Assembly: GCA_965223265.1 (NCBI GenBank)
Contig: OZ244999.1
Span: 6,432,001 to 6,496,000, forward strand
DNA from: Planctomycetota bacterium
GTDB taxonomy: Bacteria; Planctomycetota; UBA8108; SXIK01
Reading direction: 5' to 3'
DNA length: 64,000 nt
Shown: positions 36,780-46,979 of the stretch, piece by piece
Layout: the number at the start of each line of letters is the position of its first letter
Position numbering within the stretch: position 1 is the stretch's first letter
Position numbers and translations under genes: made by a program
The notes under the pieces: model-generated
What the model saw: only the letters and a program-made list of their open reading frames with translations
What the model was told of the DNA's origin: nothing
Database searches by the model: none

Positions 36780-38933
36780 TCAATACGCCACAAGCTCACG
36801 GAGCGCCGCCTCGATCTGACGCTCACCCGGTAGCATCTTCTCCTCGAGCACGGGCGCATACGGAACTGGGAGATTCAAGGCGCCGACGCGCCGCACCGGT
36901 GCGTCGAGGTGGCCGAACAGGTCGTCGCCAATGCGCGCCGCGATCTCGGCGCCGAAACCATGCTCCAGCGGTTCTTCCGTGACGACGAGCGCCCGGTGAG
37001 TGGCGCGGACCGACTCAGAGACAGCGTCCCAGTCGTAGGGCACGAGGCAGCGCAGATCGATGATCTCGACCTCGACACCGCCGGCACTCAGGGCGTCGGC
37101 CGTCTGCCGACACTTCTCCACCATGGCCCCGTACGTGATGACCGTGACATCCGTACCGCGACGGACCCTCCTGGCCTTGCCAAGCGGAATCACATAGTCC
37201 GGGCCAGGATACGGCGATCGCGCATACGGCTGGCGATAGAGGTGCTTGTGCTCAAGAAAAAGCGTTGGATCGCCGCAGCGCAGCGCCGCCCGGAGTAAGC
37301 CGGCAGCATCCTGGGCATTCGAAGGAAAGATGACACGAAGGCCGGGACAACTGCAAAAGATAGACTCAGCGGACTGACTGTGGTACATGCCGCCGCCGCG
37401 AAGATATCCGCCAATCGGCACACGCAAGACAACAGGAGCGGAAAAGTTGTTGAACGAACGCCAACGCAAGACGGCCAGCTCGTTACGAATCTGGTGCATG
37501 GCCGGCCAGATATAATCGAAGAACTGGATCTCGGCGATCGGCAGCAGACCACGGGCGGCGAGACCGAGCGCCCGGCCAACGATGGCAGCCTCGGCGATCG
37601 GGGTGTTGAAGACGCGCTCGGGGCCAAACTCGCGCTGGAGTCCTTGCGTCAGGCGAAACACGCCGCCCTTTCCGTCTAAGCTCCCGGCGAGGTGAGCGCG
37701 CGAAACGTCGGCGACATCCTCACCGAAAACGAGGATCCGATCGTCGCGACGCATCTCCAGCGCCATCGTCTCGCGAATCGACTCGAGGAGCGTGACCGAC
37801 TTACCGTCCGGTTCGGGCGGAGTTTCTTGCGCGCATGCGGCGACGGGCGAAAAGAGGAACCTCTCGACGCTTGTTGCGTCGGCCTCGGGCTCGTTCTCAA
37901 TCAGCTGCACTGCACGGTCCACTTCCGCCGTGATCTCGAGCTTGAGGTGCCGCAACTCGGCCTCGGTGATATGGCCGCGATCGAGAAGCAAGCTCTCGAG
38001 CTTCGTGAGAGGGTCGCGGCGGCGCATGTCGCGACGCTCGTCCGCCGGCCGATAGCTCGCGTCGTTGTCCGCGTCGGAGTGCGGGGTCAGCCGCTCGACG
38101 TGGGCATGGACCAACGCCGGGCCGCGACCGGAACGCACATGGCGCACGGCCTCGCCCAGGCCGCGGTAACTCGCGACCACGTCGGTACCGTCGAATTCCT
38201 GAATGAGAAGTCCAGGAAAGCCGCGAAAAAGCTGCGAGATGTTGGCGCCCGGGGTCTGATACTCGACCGGCACCGAAATCGCGTAGCCGTTGTCCTCGAT
38301 CAAGAATACGACGGGAAGCCTCTTCAAACACGCCGCAGAGATGGCCTCGTAAAACTCCCCCTCACTCGTGGCGCCGTCGCCACCACAGGTGAGCACGATC
38401 TCGTCGGGTTCGACTCGCGCTGCGTCCACAGCATCGACGTGTGACGGCGTCACGCCGGTGCGGCGCGCGTAGGCGATCCCTTCGGCGGTGCCGACTGCGT
38501 GGAGGAATTGGCTCCCCGTCGCACTCGACTGATTGACGATACGCAGCGCGGGGGTGCCGAAATGACACGGCATCTCTCGCCCGCCGCTGGTTCCGTCCGT
38601 CACTTTGGCGAACGCTTGCCGCAGCTGGTCGACGACGGAGACGCCAAGACCGAGACTAAGACAACGGTCTCGATAGTAGAGGTAAAACCAATCGTACCCT
38701 GGTCGAAAGAGCTGCGCGGCCGTGGCTTGAATCAGCTCATGTCCCGCACTGCTAATGTAGAAGTAGGTACGCCCTTGCTTGCGAAGTCTGGCCTCAGCGT
38801 CGTCAAGCGAACGCGAAAGGACAACCAGACGAAGGATCTCTACCAGGGTCGCACTGTCCGGTGCCTCGTAGGTCGGGGCAGCAACCCCAGTCGCTTGGCG
38901 GCCGCCCGTGTCGCCCTCTCGTAGATTGGCCAT
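36780..38933 (-). CDS. 2-oxoacid (probably branched-chain) dehydrogenase E1, fused alpha/beta
   Basis: GDGATSEG..DN TPP motif, GGREMPCHF, FGEDV, GGVFR, FNTPIAE, EIQFFDY, YHSQS, FLEHK. Confidence 0.93.
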   Translation of the reverse strand: MANLREGDTGGRQATGVAAPTYEAPDSATLVEILRLVVLSRSLDDAEARLRKQGRTYFYISSAGHELIQATAAQLFRPGYDWFYLYYRDRCLSLGLGVSVVDQLRQAFAKVTDGTSGGREMPCHFGTPALRIVNQSSATGSQFLHAVGTAEGIAYARRTGVTPSHVDAVDAARVEPDEIVLTCGGDGATSEGEFYEAISAACLKRLPVVFLIEDNGYAISVPVEYQTPGANISQLFRGFPGLLIQEFDGTDVVASYRGLGEAVRHVRSGRGPALVHAHVERLTPHSDADNDASYRPADERRDMRRRDPLTKLESLLLDRGHITEAELRHLKLEITAEVDRAVQLIENEPEADATSVERFLFSPVAACAQETPPEPDGKSVTLLESIRETMALEMRRDDRILVFGEDVADVSRAHLAGSLDGKGGVFRLTQGLQREFGPERVFNTPIAEAAIVGRALGLAARGLLPIAEIQFFDYIWPAMHQIRNELAVLRWRSFNNFSAPVVLRVPIGGYLRGGGMYHSQSAESIFCSCPGLRVIFPSNAQDAAGLLRAALRCGDPTLFLEHKHLYRQPYARSPYPGPDYVIPLGKARRVRRGTDVTVITYGAMVEKCRQTADALSAGGVEVEIIDLRCLVPYDWDAVSESVRATHRALVVTEEPLEHGFGAEIAARIGDDLFGHLDAPVRRVGALNLPVPYAPVLEEKMLPGERQIEAALRELVAY

Positions 38934-39109
38934 GGTCCTCTCCCCTTCGATTCACTTCTCTTCCGTGGAGCGGTGGAGACGTGGCGATCCCCCGCTCTCA
39001 TCACGAACGGTGTTGACGCGCGCCACAGGTTCCTCGCGGAGGCGGTCTTGTGAAAAGGAAGCTCGACACACCACTGGGTAGGCTAACGCCATCACCGGAG
39101 CGGGTCGAC

Positions 39110-40060
39110 TCACGATTCGCTGTCGTGCCCCCAAAGGCCCGTACTAAAGTAACGCTCGCCGAAGTCGTTGAAAACCGTTACTACGACGCCGCGATCGATT
39201 CTCTCCAGAACGGACTCCACTCCTTTAAGGTACCCCCCAGACGACTGACCTACAAAAAAACCTTGTTTGGCGAGCTGCTGACAATAGTCGTAGGCGTCGT
39301 CGATACGGACCTCGACGCGGTGGTCGATCACAGATTCGTCGAGGATTTCCGGAACAATGTCCTCGGGATGGCCGAGCGGCTTGAGCCCCTCGATGCCCGG
39401 GAAAAGATCGGGGACGATGCAGGTAACCTCAATCCCCGGAACTTCTTGCTTCAAGCGCCGGCCCACGCCAGTCACCGTGCCACCCGTGCCAACGCCGGCG
39501 ACGAAATGGGTCACCCGCCCGCCGGTTTGGTCGAGAATCTCCTGCGCCGTACTGTGGTAATGCGCCTGCCAATTGTTCTCGTTGGCATACTGATCGCAGA
39601 AGAAAAACCTCTCGGGTTCGGCCTCCGCCTGGCGCCGCACCTCGCGCAGCGCTTCGTCGTAGCCTTCAACGGGATCGGTATAGAAGATGTCGGCTCCGTG
39701 CGCCACCAAACGTTTCTTACGCTCCGCGGATGCGTTTCCTGGAATGACGATGCGAACGTCATAGCCAAGCGCGCCGCCGATCATAGCGTAGGCGATCCCA
39801 GCGTTACCCGAAGAGGAATCCAGCACGGTCATCCCAGGCTTCAGCCGGCCGTCTAGGATCGCCTTCATGAGCATCCATGACACCGGTCGATCCTTGATCG
39901 ACCCCCCTGGATTGAAGTACTCAAGCTTGGCGTAGATCTCCACACCGGGCTTCTTCAGGCCCTCGAGTTCGACACGAACGCAGGGCGTTTGACCGATCGC
40001 GGAGAGCACCGGATAGCGCTCAAGGAAAGTCTGAAACTCAGACGGAAGGTAAGGATTCAA
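39110..40060 (-). CDS. cysM: PLP-dependent cysteine synthase (CysM-type)
   Basis: IGQTP, KLEYFNPGGSIKDR, SSGNAG, DQYAN, VAGVGTGGT, GQSSG, GERYFST. Confidence 0.88.
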   Translation of the reverse strand: MNPYLPSEFQTFLERYPVLSAIGQTPCVRVELEGLKKPGVEIYAKLEYFNPGGSIKDRPVSWMLMKAILDGRLKPGMTVLDSSSGNAGIAYAMIGGALGYDVRIVIPGNASAERKKRLVAHGADIFYTDPVEGYDEALREVRRQAEAEPERFFFCDQYANENNWQAHYHSTAQEILDQTGGRVTHFVAGVGTGGTVTGVGRRLKQEVPGIEVTCIVPDLFPGIEGLKPLGHPEDIVPEILDESVIDHRVEVRIDDAYDYCQQLAKQGFFVGQSSGGYLKGVESVLERIDRGVVVTVFNDFGERYFSTGLWGHDSES

Positions 40061-40069
40061 GGGCCTTCG

Positions 40070-41230
40070 TCAAGTGCTGCAAAAGTGGCCGTAGTCGATG
40101 TAGCCAGGGAATTCATCCTGGCTGCAGTAGTGGCATTTCGGATCCCGCTTGACTCGGAGCTCGCGGAACCTCACTTCTAGAGCGTCGTACATCAAAAGGC
40201 GCCCTACAAGCAAGTCGCCTTGGCCAAGAATGACCTTGATCGTCTCGATCGCCTCGAGCACGCCCACGACACCCGGAAGCACTCCGAGCACTCCAGCTTC
40301 AGCACAAGAGGGCGCCATCTCCGGCGGCGGCGGCTCGGGATACAGGCACCGATAGCACGGGCCGCGACCCGGCCAAAACACCGTCACCTGCCCCTCGAAA
40401 CGGTAGATACTCCCGTGCACGTTCGGTTTGCGGTGTTTGACACAACCGTCGTTGACCAAATAGCGCGTCGGGAAGTTGTCGCAACCATCGAGAATCACGT
40501 CGTAGTCGCTGAAGAGTCGGTCGACGTTCTCGCTTGTGAGACGCTCCTCGTAGGTCACCACCTCGATGTCGGGATTCATCGCCTCGAGAGTCTCCCTTGC
40601 CGAGTCGGTCTTGAGCATGCCCACGCGAGCGTCGGTGTGCAGAATTTGTCGTTGGAGATTCGTTCGATCGACGACGTCGTAGTCGACGATCCCGACCGTT
40701 CCAATGCCGGCAGCGGCCAAGTAATAGGCAGCGGGAGAACCCAGCCCGCCGGCCCCGATGCAGAGCACCTTGGCTTTCTTGAGCTTGATCTGTCCAGCTT
40801 CACCCACTTCGTCGATCGTCAGATGGCGCGCGTAACGCTCGCGCTCGCGCTCGCTCAGCACCTCGGGAACGTGGAACGCGTGCCCGTTCTGCTTCCAGCG
40901 GGTGAAACCGCCGCTCATCGAGATGACATCGGTGTACCCCATCTTCTGCAGCGTGTCCGCTGCAAAGAGCGATCGCACGCCGCCAGCACAGTAAGCGACG
41001 ATCTTCCGCTCCTTCGCATTCAACCTGGACTCCGCTTGCAGCTCCAAAAAACCGCGCGGCAGGTGAATCGCTCCAGGGAGATGGCCCTGGCGGTACTCAT
41101 CGCCTTCGCGCACATCGACGACGACGACATCTTCCGAACCGTTCCCTTGGATCAGCTTCTCAACGTCCTCAGGAGACGCCTCGGGAATGCGGGTTCGCAA
41201 TTCGCTGAGCCATTGGTCCTTCATGGACAC
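40070..41230 (-). CDS. moeB: Rhodanese-MoeB fusion (sulfur-carrier adenylyltransferase/sulfurtransferase)
   Basis: N-terminal rhodanese DVRE..GHLPGA..YCAGGVRS; MoeB RYARH, GAGGLGSP, TNLQRQ, CYRC, SCAEAG, CHYC. Confidence 0.92.
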   Translation of the reverse strand: MSMKDQWLSELRTRIPEASPEDVEKLIQGNGSEDVVVVDVREGDEYRQGHLPGAIHLPRGFLELQAESRLNAKERKIVAYCAGGVRSLFAADTLQKMGYTDVISMSGGFTRWKQNGHAFHVPEVLSERERERYARHLTIDEVGEAGQIKLKKAKVLCIGAGGLGSPAAYYLAAAGIGTVGIVDYDVVDRTNLQRQILHTDARVGMLKTDSARETLEAMNPDIEVVTYEERLTSENVDRLFSDYDVILDGCDNFPTRYLVNDGCVKHRKPNVHGSIYRFEGQVTVFWPGRGPCYRCLYPEPPPPEMAPSCAEAGVLGVLPGVVGVLEAIETIKVILGQGDLLVGRLLMYDALEVRFRELRVKRDPKCHYCSQDEFPGYIDYGHFCST

Positions 41231-41347
41231 GGTGGTGGTCCTCCTTGTCTGAGGCCCCGCTCTTGGGGTTTTCGTGGACTAGATTTGGATTCTTGACGAC
41301 TTCGAGCGACGGGCCGCGCCACAACATGTCAGCGCAGCAGATGTGTC

Positions 41348-41641
41348 TCACCCGGCAGCACAATCGGAGCACCCCCCAGCGATCGCCGGAACAATGCTCA
41401 GCTCGTCGCCATCGTTGATCGCCGTCTCAGGTCCTTGGAGGTGGCGAATGTCTTCGCCGTTGACGAAAACGTTGATGAAACGACGCACTTCGCCGCTGTC
41501 GTCAAAGATCTTTTCCTTGATGCCGCTGCAGGACGATTCCAGTTGGTCGAACGCTTCACGAACGTTCGCACCTTCAACCGTCACCTCTGCCTGACCGTTA
41601 GCATACTTTCGTAGCGGGGTGGGGATTCGAACAGTAGCCAT
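41348..41641 (-). CDS. MoaD/ThiS/CysO-type ubiquitin-like sulfur carrier with C-terminal extension
   Basis: VRIPTPLR, RRFINVFVNGEDIR, SIVPAIAGG followed by CSDCAAG*. Confidence 0.92.
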   Translation of the reverse strand: MATVRIPTPLRKYANGQAEVTVEGANVREAFDQLESSCSGIKEKIFDDSGEVRRFINVFVNGEDIRHLQGPETAINDGDELSIVPAIAGGCSDCAAG

Positions 41642-41813
41642 TCGTAGCGCTCTCTCAAGCAAGGAATAGGGAGCAGTTGCCCTTCAACAGCGGACTTACG
41701 GGATCGGACCAGGTGGCGCCGCGACGCGCGCCCCATGGAGTCCATCAGCCCGTTGGTGACGCTGATCTGGCGCTGCGAGCCGCAATCTTTCACGGCAGTC
41801 GTCAGAATTCAGG

Positions 41814-41842
41814 AGTATATCGCACGACCGAGACGCCTTCAA
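41814..41842 (-). promoter_or_regulatory. Putative sigma70 promoter of the sulfur-carrier operon
   Basis: Minus strand TTGAAG-N17-TATACT. Confidence 0.6.
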
Positions 41843-42049
41843 CGCCGCTAGCAGTCGGTTGTCCTACTACTGCAGGCTTCGAAGGGCAGAAAACGGCACT
41901 GCATTGCTCGCGCTGCGCCGAGACCGCCGGGAAAGCGGCACCCCCAAGGCCCGGCGCTCGCGTCGCGAGAGCAGGCGCTTCTCCCGGGACAAGTCGGCTT
42001 GCCCGGCTGCCCGGCGCCGGCAAGGCTCCGCCGGACACGCTTGTGCTGT

Positions 42050-43282
42050 CTAGCGCTGGGCGGCTGCCGCGGTGCTCTTTTTCGGAGGCTGCTCCTTGGC
42101 TCTGGCGTTGGGTGACTCGCGATAGGGAGGACAAAACTTGCGCCACTCATTCTCCCAACCTCGCGTGACGAGAAAACGCCCTTTCGACGACGTCGCGAGC
42201 CCGAGCCGACTCACCTTCTGAAACACTTCCTCGAGCACCTTGTCAGCAATGTGATAGACCCGCAGCTGCGTGCGATTCTCTGCCGTCAACCCGGGGTAGC
42301 GACTGGCGATGAGCACCGGCCTGGTGTCGAGGAGCGCATCGAGCGCCACGGGAACGACCTTCAGCCCCTGCCCTGCAATGCGCTGCACAATCGCTTCCGT
42401 CGTCAGCTCCGGCTGTCCCTCCTCGGTAGCCTCCGGCTGCACACTCAACTCCCCGAGCGTCAAGTAGAGGTCCGGCGAACCAAGAACCTCGCTCTGGCGC
42501 GACACACGCTCCCACAGCACGCTCGCCATGAGTCGGCGCACCTGCAGATAGGCATCTTTCTCACTCTTGACGTTCTCTTGGTGTAGGTCAGGCACCTCAA
42601 GCGCATCCAGAAGCTCGCCGGAGGGCGACATCACCGCTAGTTCGGCGTCGGCAACGACCTTGTAACCGAAGACGCGTCCCTGAGCCTTCAGATGTTTCAC
42701 AAAGCCAATCTGTACACTGCCCTCGACCCTATACTGCGCGTCTTCGATCGTCTCGACGATCCAAAACCCAGCGCGACGCAGATACTCTGCAAGGTAGCGC
42801 TCAACGACTTGGACATCGGGAATCCGCTGCTGCGACTCCGAGTCGACAATCGACTCACCGAAACGGAGGAAGACCTTACCCCGTTCGAACTTCACCGTCG
42901 CCGGGTTCGGTGGCTCACGCGTACGCGGTGGCAGCGCGCCGTCGGGAAGTGGCGCGAGCTCCCGGCCGCCGGCCGCGCTGGGTCGAGCGTTGGACGGCTC
43001 GGATTCCTTCGCCGTGGCCGGATCCCTATCCTTTGCAGCCTCTGATGTATCTTCTTTCGCTCTCTTCTCTTTCTTCTCTTCGCTCTCTTCTTTCGCCGCG
43101 GCCTTTTCTCGCGTCTCCGCCTTGCCCCCTTTTGCCGAGCTCGCGGCTTTGTCAGTCTGCACGGACTTCTGATCGCCACCGATCCCACGTGCGCACACGG
43201 CCATTGTCAAAGTCAGCGCAAACACAACAGCGCGACGAGAAAGCCGCGTCCAGCGCATCGATTCATAGCGCTCCATCGACAA
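42050..43282 (-). CDS. Hypothetical exported protein with charged low-complexity N-terminal linker
   Basis: Signal-like RRAVVFALTLTMAVC, K/E-rich linker, globular C-terminal part. Confidence 0.7.
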   Translation of the reverse strand: MSMERYESMRWTRLSRRAVVFALTLTMAVCARGIGGDQKSVQTDKAASSAKGGKAETREKAAAKEESEEKKEKRAKEDTSEAAKDRDPATAKESEPSNARPSAAGGRELAPLPDGALPPRTREPPNPATVKFERGKVFLRFGESIVDSESQQRIPDVQVVERYLAEYLRRAGFWIVETIEDAQYRVEGSVQIGFVKHLKAQGRVFGYKVVADAELAVMSPSGELLDALEVPDLHQENVKSEKDAYLQVRRLMASVLWERVSRQSEVLGSPDLYLTLGELSVQPEATEEGQPELTTEAIVQRIAGQGLKVVPVALDALLDTRPVLIASRYPGLTAENRTQLRVYHIADKVLEEVFQKVSRLGLATSSKGRFLVTRGWENEWRKFCPPYRESPNARAKEQPPKKSTAAAAQR

Positions 43283-43624
43283 TCCTCCGGTGTGACGTAA
43301 CCATCTCTCGAACCGACGACAAGCGCCAAGCCCCGTGGTGGCTAGTTCGCGGCGTGACGACGGTTCCTTCCTTAAACTTAGACGCCGACCGGCAGAAAAT
43401 CTGGCGGAAAAACCGACTTTGCCCCCAACTCCTACAAAGAATGGCGGGAAAGAGTGCGGCGGTGCGCCGTTTCGAGGCGAGGCGGATACGCGAAGGGTAC
43501 TTCGCGGGAGGTGAGCATGGCCAACTCGGCGGCAGCGTCGCTCCTGGCTTCCTTTGCCGGACCGAAGGCGCCTATTGTGTCACTTCTTTGCCGGGTTGAG
43601 GGTCAAAACGAAGTCGAAACCGCC

Positions 43625-43684
43625 GCCGTACAGAGCCGTACAGAGCCGTACAGAGCCGTGCAGAGCCGTGCAGAGCCGTGCAGA
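43625..43684. repeat. Tandem 10-bp repeat GCCGTRCAGA x6
   Basis: 3x GCCGTACAGA then 3x GCCGTGCAGA. Confidence 0.9.
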
Positions 43685-43733
43685 GGCAGCAGCTCACTGC
43701 GCCCTTGCCATGCTTCGGCGTCATCCTCGGCGT

Positions 43734-44804
43734 CTATGACTCGGTGTGCGGGAAAGGCGCCAGCGTTGAACGCCCCGGCGCTCGAGCGAGGGGCTCACGA
43801 ACGCCCGTTGCCACCGTCGGGTGCGGCGAGTACGGCCAAGCCCCGGCGAACACTTCCACCGCCGGCCCTGTCATGTGCACCGCTCCGCATCGACTCAGAC
43901 CCGGGTTCTCCCAGCGAATCTTCAGCTCGCCGCCGCGAAGACGCAGCGTCGCCTCTGGCTCGGCGCGGCCGCTGAGCACGGCACTCACCAGGACTGCGCA
44001 TGCACCCGTACCGCAGGCAAGGGTCTCGCCGCTGCCGCGCTCCCACACGCGCAGCTCGATTTCAGTCGGCGAGATCACACTGACGAACTCGACGTTCGTG
44101 CGCTCAGGAAACGATGGGTGATTTTCGAAACGAGGCCCCCACTCTGTAACAGAGAAACCCGCCAACGGCGTCGCGTATGGCAGCGCCGCAGCGCGCGCAA
44201 ACGCGCTGTCGCTTCTAAGTGGTTGCGGCTGGCTCGGAAGAAACGTCACCGCGTGGGGGTTGCCCATCGAAACAGTCGTGACGCGAAACTCGGTACCGCC
44301 CACCTGCAGCGGTACGTCGATCGCCGGCGCGTCTGCTGCGCCACCGTCGACAAACGGCACCGAGCCGCGGCGCAGCTCTGGCGGCCCCATATCAACCTCA
44401 ACGAGCGACTCACGGCCGCAAGTGCTGGCGACAATGGAGACGCACCGCGCTCCCGCATCCGTATCGACGACGAAAGTTGTCTCTTCGACTAAGCCGTGAT
44501 CGAAGGCGTACTTCGCTACGCAGCGCAGGCCGTTACCGCACATGCCGGCGCGTGAGCCATCCGCGTTGTACATCTCCATGCGGCAAGCCGCGTGGCGCGA
44601 GCGCGGCGGCTTGATGAGGATGAGCCCGTCGGCGCCGACTCCGAAGTGGCGATCCGAAATCTGCCGCGCTAAATCGGCCACCTTGGGCGTCCCCGCAAGG
44701 AACTTCGAGGCAGCCGCAGCCCCCTCGGAGGCCACGTCGATGTAGACGTAATCGTTCCCGAGGCCCTGCATCTTGGTGAACCTCAGCACCTCCGTCCTCT
44801 TCAC
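43734..44804 (-). CDS. dapF: Diaminopimelate epimerase
   Basis: FTKMQGLGNDY, NADGS..MCGNG, SMGNPHA, NVEF, WERGSGETLACGTG. Confidence 0.96.
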   Translation of the reverse strand: MKRTEVLRFTKMQGLGNDYVYIDVASEGAAAASKFLAGTPKVADLARQISDRHFGVGADGLILIKPPRSRHAACRMEMYNADGSRAGMCGNGLRCVAKYAFDHGLVEETTFVVDTDAGARCVSIVASTCGRESLVEVDMGPPELRRGSVPFVDGGAADAPAIDVPLQVGGTEFRVTTVSMGNPHAVTFLPSQPQPLRSDSAFARAAALPYATPLAGFSVTEWGPRFENHPSFPERTNVEFVSVISPTEIELRVWERGSGETLACGTGACAVLVSAVLSGRAEPEATLRLRGGELKIRWENPGLSRCGAVHMTGPAVEVFAGAWPYSPHPTVATGVREPLARAPGRSTLAPFPHTES

Positions 44805-44877
44805 TTCGCTTCACTCCCTCCCTTCACTGACACCCCAAATTCACGCCGCGGCCCGATTCGTCGCGCTGCGGCGAAGT

Positions 44878-45984
44878 CTATCGCCGTCCAGGCTGTCGTC
44901 GCCGTTTCTCCCTCGAGTTCTTCTTGGCAGCCCGCAGAACGACCTTGCCGGTGCCGCGCGTGATCTCACCAATGTGAGCCGCCGGAACACGGAGATCCCT
45001 CAAGTGCTGCAGGATAGAGTCGCAAAAAAAGCGCGAGACGACGAGGACCATACCGATTCCCATGTTGAAGACGCGGAACATTTCGCGGTCACTGATCGCC
45101 CCCTTCGTCTGCAACCAATCGAAGAGCGGCGGCACCTCCCAACTGCCCTTGCGAATCACGGCGTTGACCGAACCCGGGAGCACCCGCGGTACGTTCCCAA
45201 CAAGGCCTCCGCCAGTGATATGAGCCATGGCGTGGATCACACGCTTACGCCGGTACAGTGCCAGCAAACGACGGATGGGCTGGACGTAAATACGTGTGGG
45301 TTCGAGAAGGGCCTCACCGAGAGTGGTCTCAAGCCCGCGAGGGCGACTATGCAGTTTGGCGCGACTGAGCGAAATCACTCGTCGCACGAGAGAATAGCCG
45401 TTCGAATGCACACCGCTCGACGCCAAGCCGATGATCTGATCGCCCGGGGCGACGGCATCGCCGAGGATCAACCGCGACTTCTCCGCCACGCCGACGGCAA
45501 AGCCGGCAAGGTCGTAGTGCCCATTCGGGTAAAAGCCCGGCATCTCAGCAGTTTCACCGCCGAGGAGAGCGCATCCCGACTCGCGACAGCCCGCCGCGAT
45601 ACCCTTGACGATGTCGGCGACGGTCTGCGGCTTCAGCTTGCCGACGGCCACATAGTCGAGAAAGAAGAGCGGCTCGGCGCCTTGGACGATGAGATCGTTG
45701 ACGCACATCGCGACGAGGTCAACGCCAACCGTATCAGCGCGCCCAGTACGAAACGCGATCTCGAGTTTCGTTCCGACCCCGTCGGTGCAAGCCACGAGCA
45801 CGGGGTCCTTCAAGTCTCGGCGGAGCAGCCCCTTGGGGTAGTCGAGCTGGAAAAGCCCAGCAAATCCACCGTGGCTGCCGTTCAAGACCTGCGGAGTGTA
45901 CGTGCTGCGGACGTGATTCGTGATCAAGCGAACCGCGTTGTCACCGGCGTCGATATCGACGCCGGCGTCTTTGTAACTGACCAT
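44878..45984 (-). CDS. purM: Phosphoribosylformylglycinamidine cyclo-ligase (AIR synthase)
   Basis: SYKDAGVDIDAG, DGVGTK, AMCVND, GGETAEMPG, SSGVHSNGYS, HITGGG, FNMGIG. Confidence 0.98.
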   Translation of the reverse strand: MVSYKDAGVDIDAGDNAVRLITNHVRSTYTPQVLNGSHGGFAGLFQLDYPKGLLRRDLKDPVLVACTDGVGTKLEIAFRTGRADTVGVDLVAMCVNDLIVQGAEPLFFLDYVAVGKLKPQTVADIVKGIAAGCRESGCALLGGETAEMPGFYPNGHYDLAGFAVGVAEKSRLILGDAVAPGDQIIGLASSGVHSNGYSLVRRVISLSRAKLHSRPRGLETTLGEALLEPTRIYVQPIRRLLALYRRKRVIHAMAHITGGGLVGNVPRVLPGSVNAVIRKGSWEVPPLFDWLQTKGAISDREMFRVFNMGIGMVLVVSRFFCDSILQHLRDLRVPAAHIGEITRGTGKVVLRAAKKNSREKRRRQPGRR

Positions 45985-46149
45985 GTCGCCTCAAGGTTTT
46001 CGAAACGATGTTGCTGTCGTTCCTCTCTACCGGCCACCGCGTCGCGATGCAAGGAAAGACGGCTGCCGATGGTGAAGACGACCCAACGCGGTGCCCACAC
46101 GCGCGCGACGAAACAGGCTCTCTCGTTCGCGGCGGCACCGCTCGATCGG

Positions 46150-46878
46150 TCAGCTCGTCGATCGCTTGGGTTCTTCCCGGGCGCCAGGCGGCCGATCAGG
46201 GCCAACCGGGACGTCGGCCGCGCTCTCCGTAACTCCGACTGGAGCGCCGCTCTCTGGCGCCGGCGCCCGTTGATCTCCTGGTTTTTCCGTGGTGCCGGAT
46301 TCCCGACGCCCGCGGACGCGCTCCAGCGCTCGATCGATCTCCCATGACCACTTGCCTTCGACATCAAGTTTGGCGGCACGCCTGAGTGCCCGGCGAGCTT
46401 GATGCGGCGGCGCAAAGTAAGAAAGGACAACCCCAAGTCGCAGCTGCGCCTCGACGTCGAGGCGGTCTAAACGGAGACAAGCGGCGAACTTTTCGGCAGC
46501 GTGCGGCAAGTCGCCGCGCACGTAGGCAAACATGCCGCTTTTCAGGCACTCGTCGCGGAGGTCACGCTCAGCCCTGACGCGCACCGGACGCGTACGCCAA
46601 AAGAGCTCGATCCACTGCGCGCACCAGAGAAGAACGAAAAGCAGTCCGGCCGTGCGTGTCCAAAACGTTCGGTCGGGGCCGGTGTAGAAGAAGTAGGCGT
46701 ACGTAAAGAGAAAGAAAAACGGCATGCACAACATGAAGAAGAGAAGGCCCTGCCGTTCGCGGCCCCAACAGATGTGTCCCCAGCCGGGGATCACTCCCAA
46801 GACGAGGGACAGTAGTCGCGAGCGCTGCGGAGAGGCTGGCGGCAATTCAACCTGCGAAACGGAGAGCGGTTCGTCCAT
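46150..46878 (-). CDS. Membrane protein with TPR-like C-terminal part
   Basis: LSLVLGVIPGWGHI and further hydrophobic helices, then TPR-like helices. Confidence 0.65.
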   Translation of the reverse strand: MDEPLSVSQVELPPASPQRSRLLSLVLGVIPGWGHICWGRERQGLLFFMLCMPFFFLFTYAYFFYTGPDRTFWTRTAGLLFVLLWCAQWIELFWRTRPVRVRAERDLRDECLKSGMFAYVRGDLPHAAEKFAACLRLDRLDVEAQLRLGVVLSYFAPPHQARRALRRAAKLDVEGKWSWEIDRALERVRGRRESGTTEKPGDQRAPAPESGAPVGVTESAADVPVGPDRPPGAREEPKRSTS

Positions 46879-46979
46879 GTTCGGCCGCGATTATACGCAA
46901 CGGGCATCGGAAACGAAACTGCGGGACAAGAGCGGAGACGGAGACGGAAGCACCGCCCCCGATCTTCGTCGAGCTCGAG

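Noticed and set aside
43625-43684. CRISPR array
   Set aside because: The 10-bp units have no spacers, and no cas genes are in the window
44773-46347. 524-aa plus-strand ORF, and similar long ORFs such as 49393-50727, 40220-41296 and 5266-6282
   Set aside because: Antisense shadows of well-supported genes (purM, the regulator, moeB, PSD1), as expected at high GC
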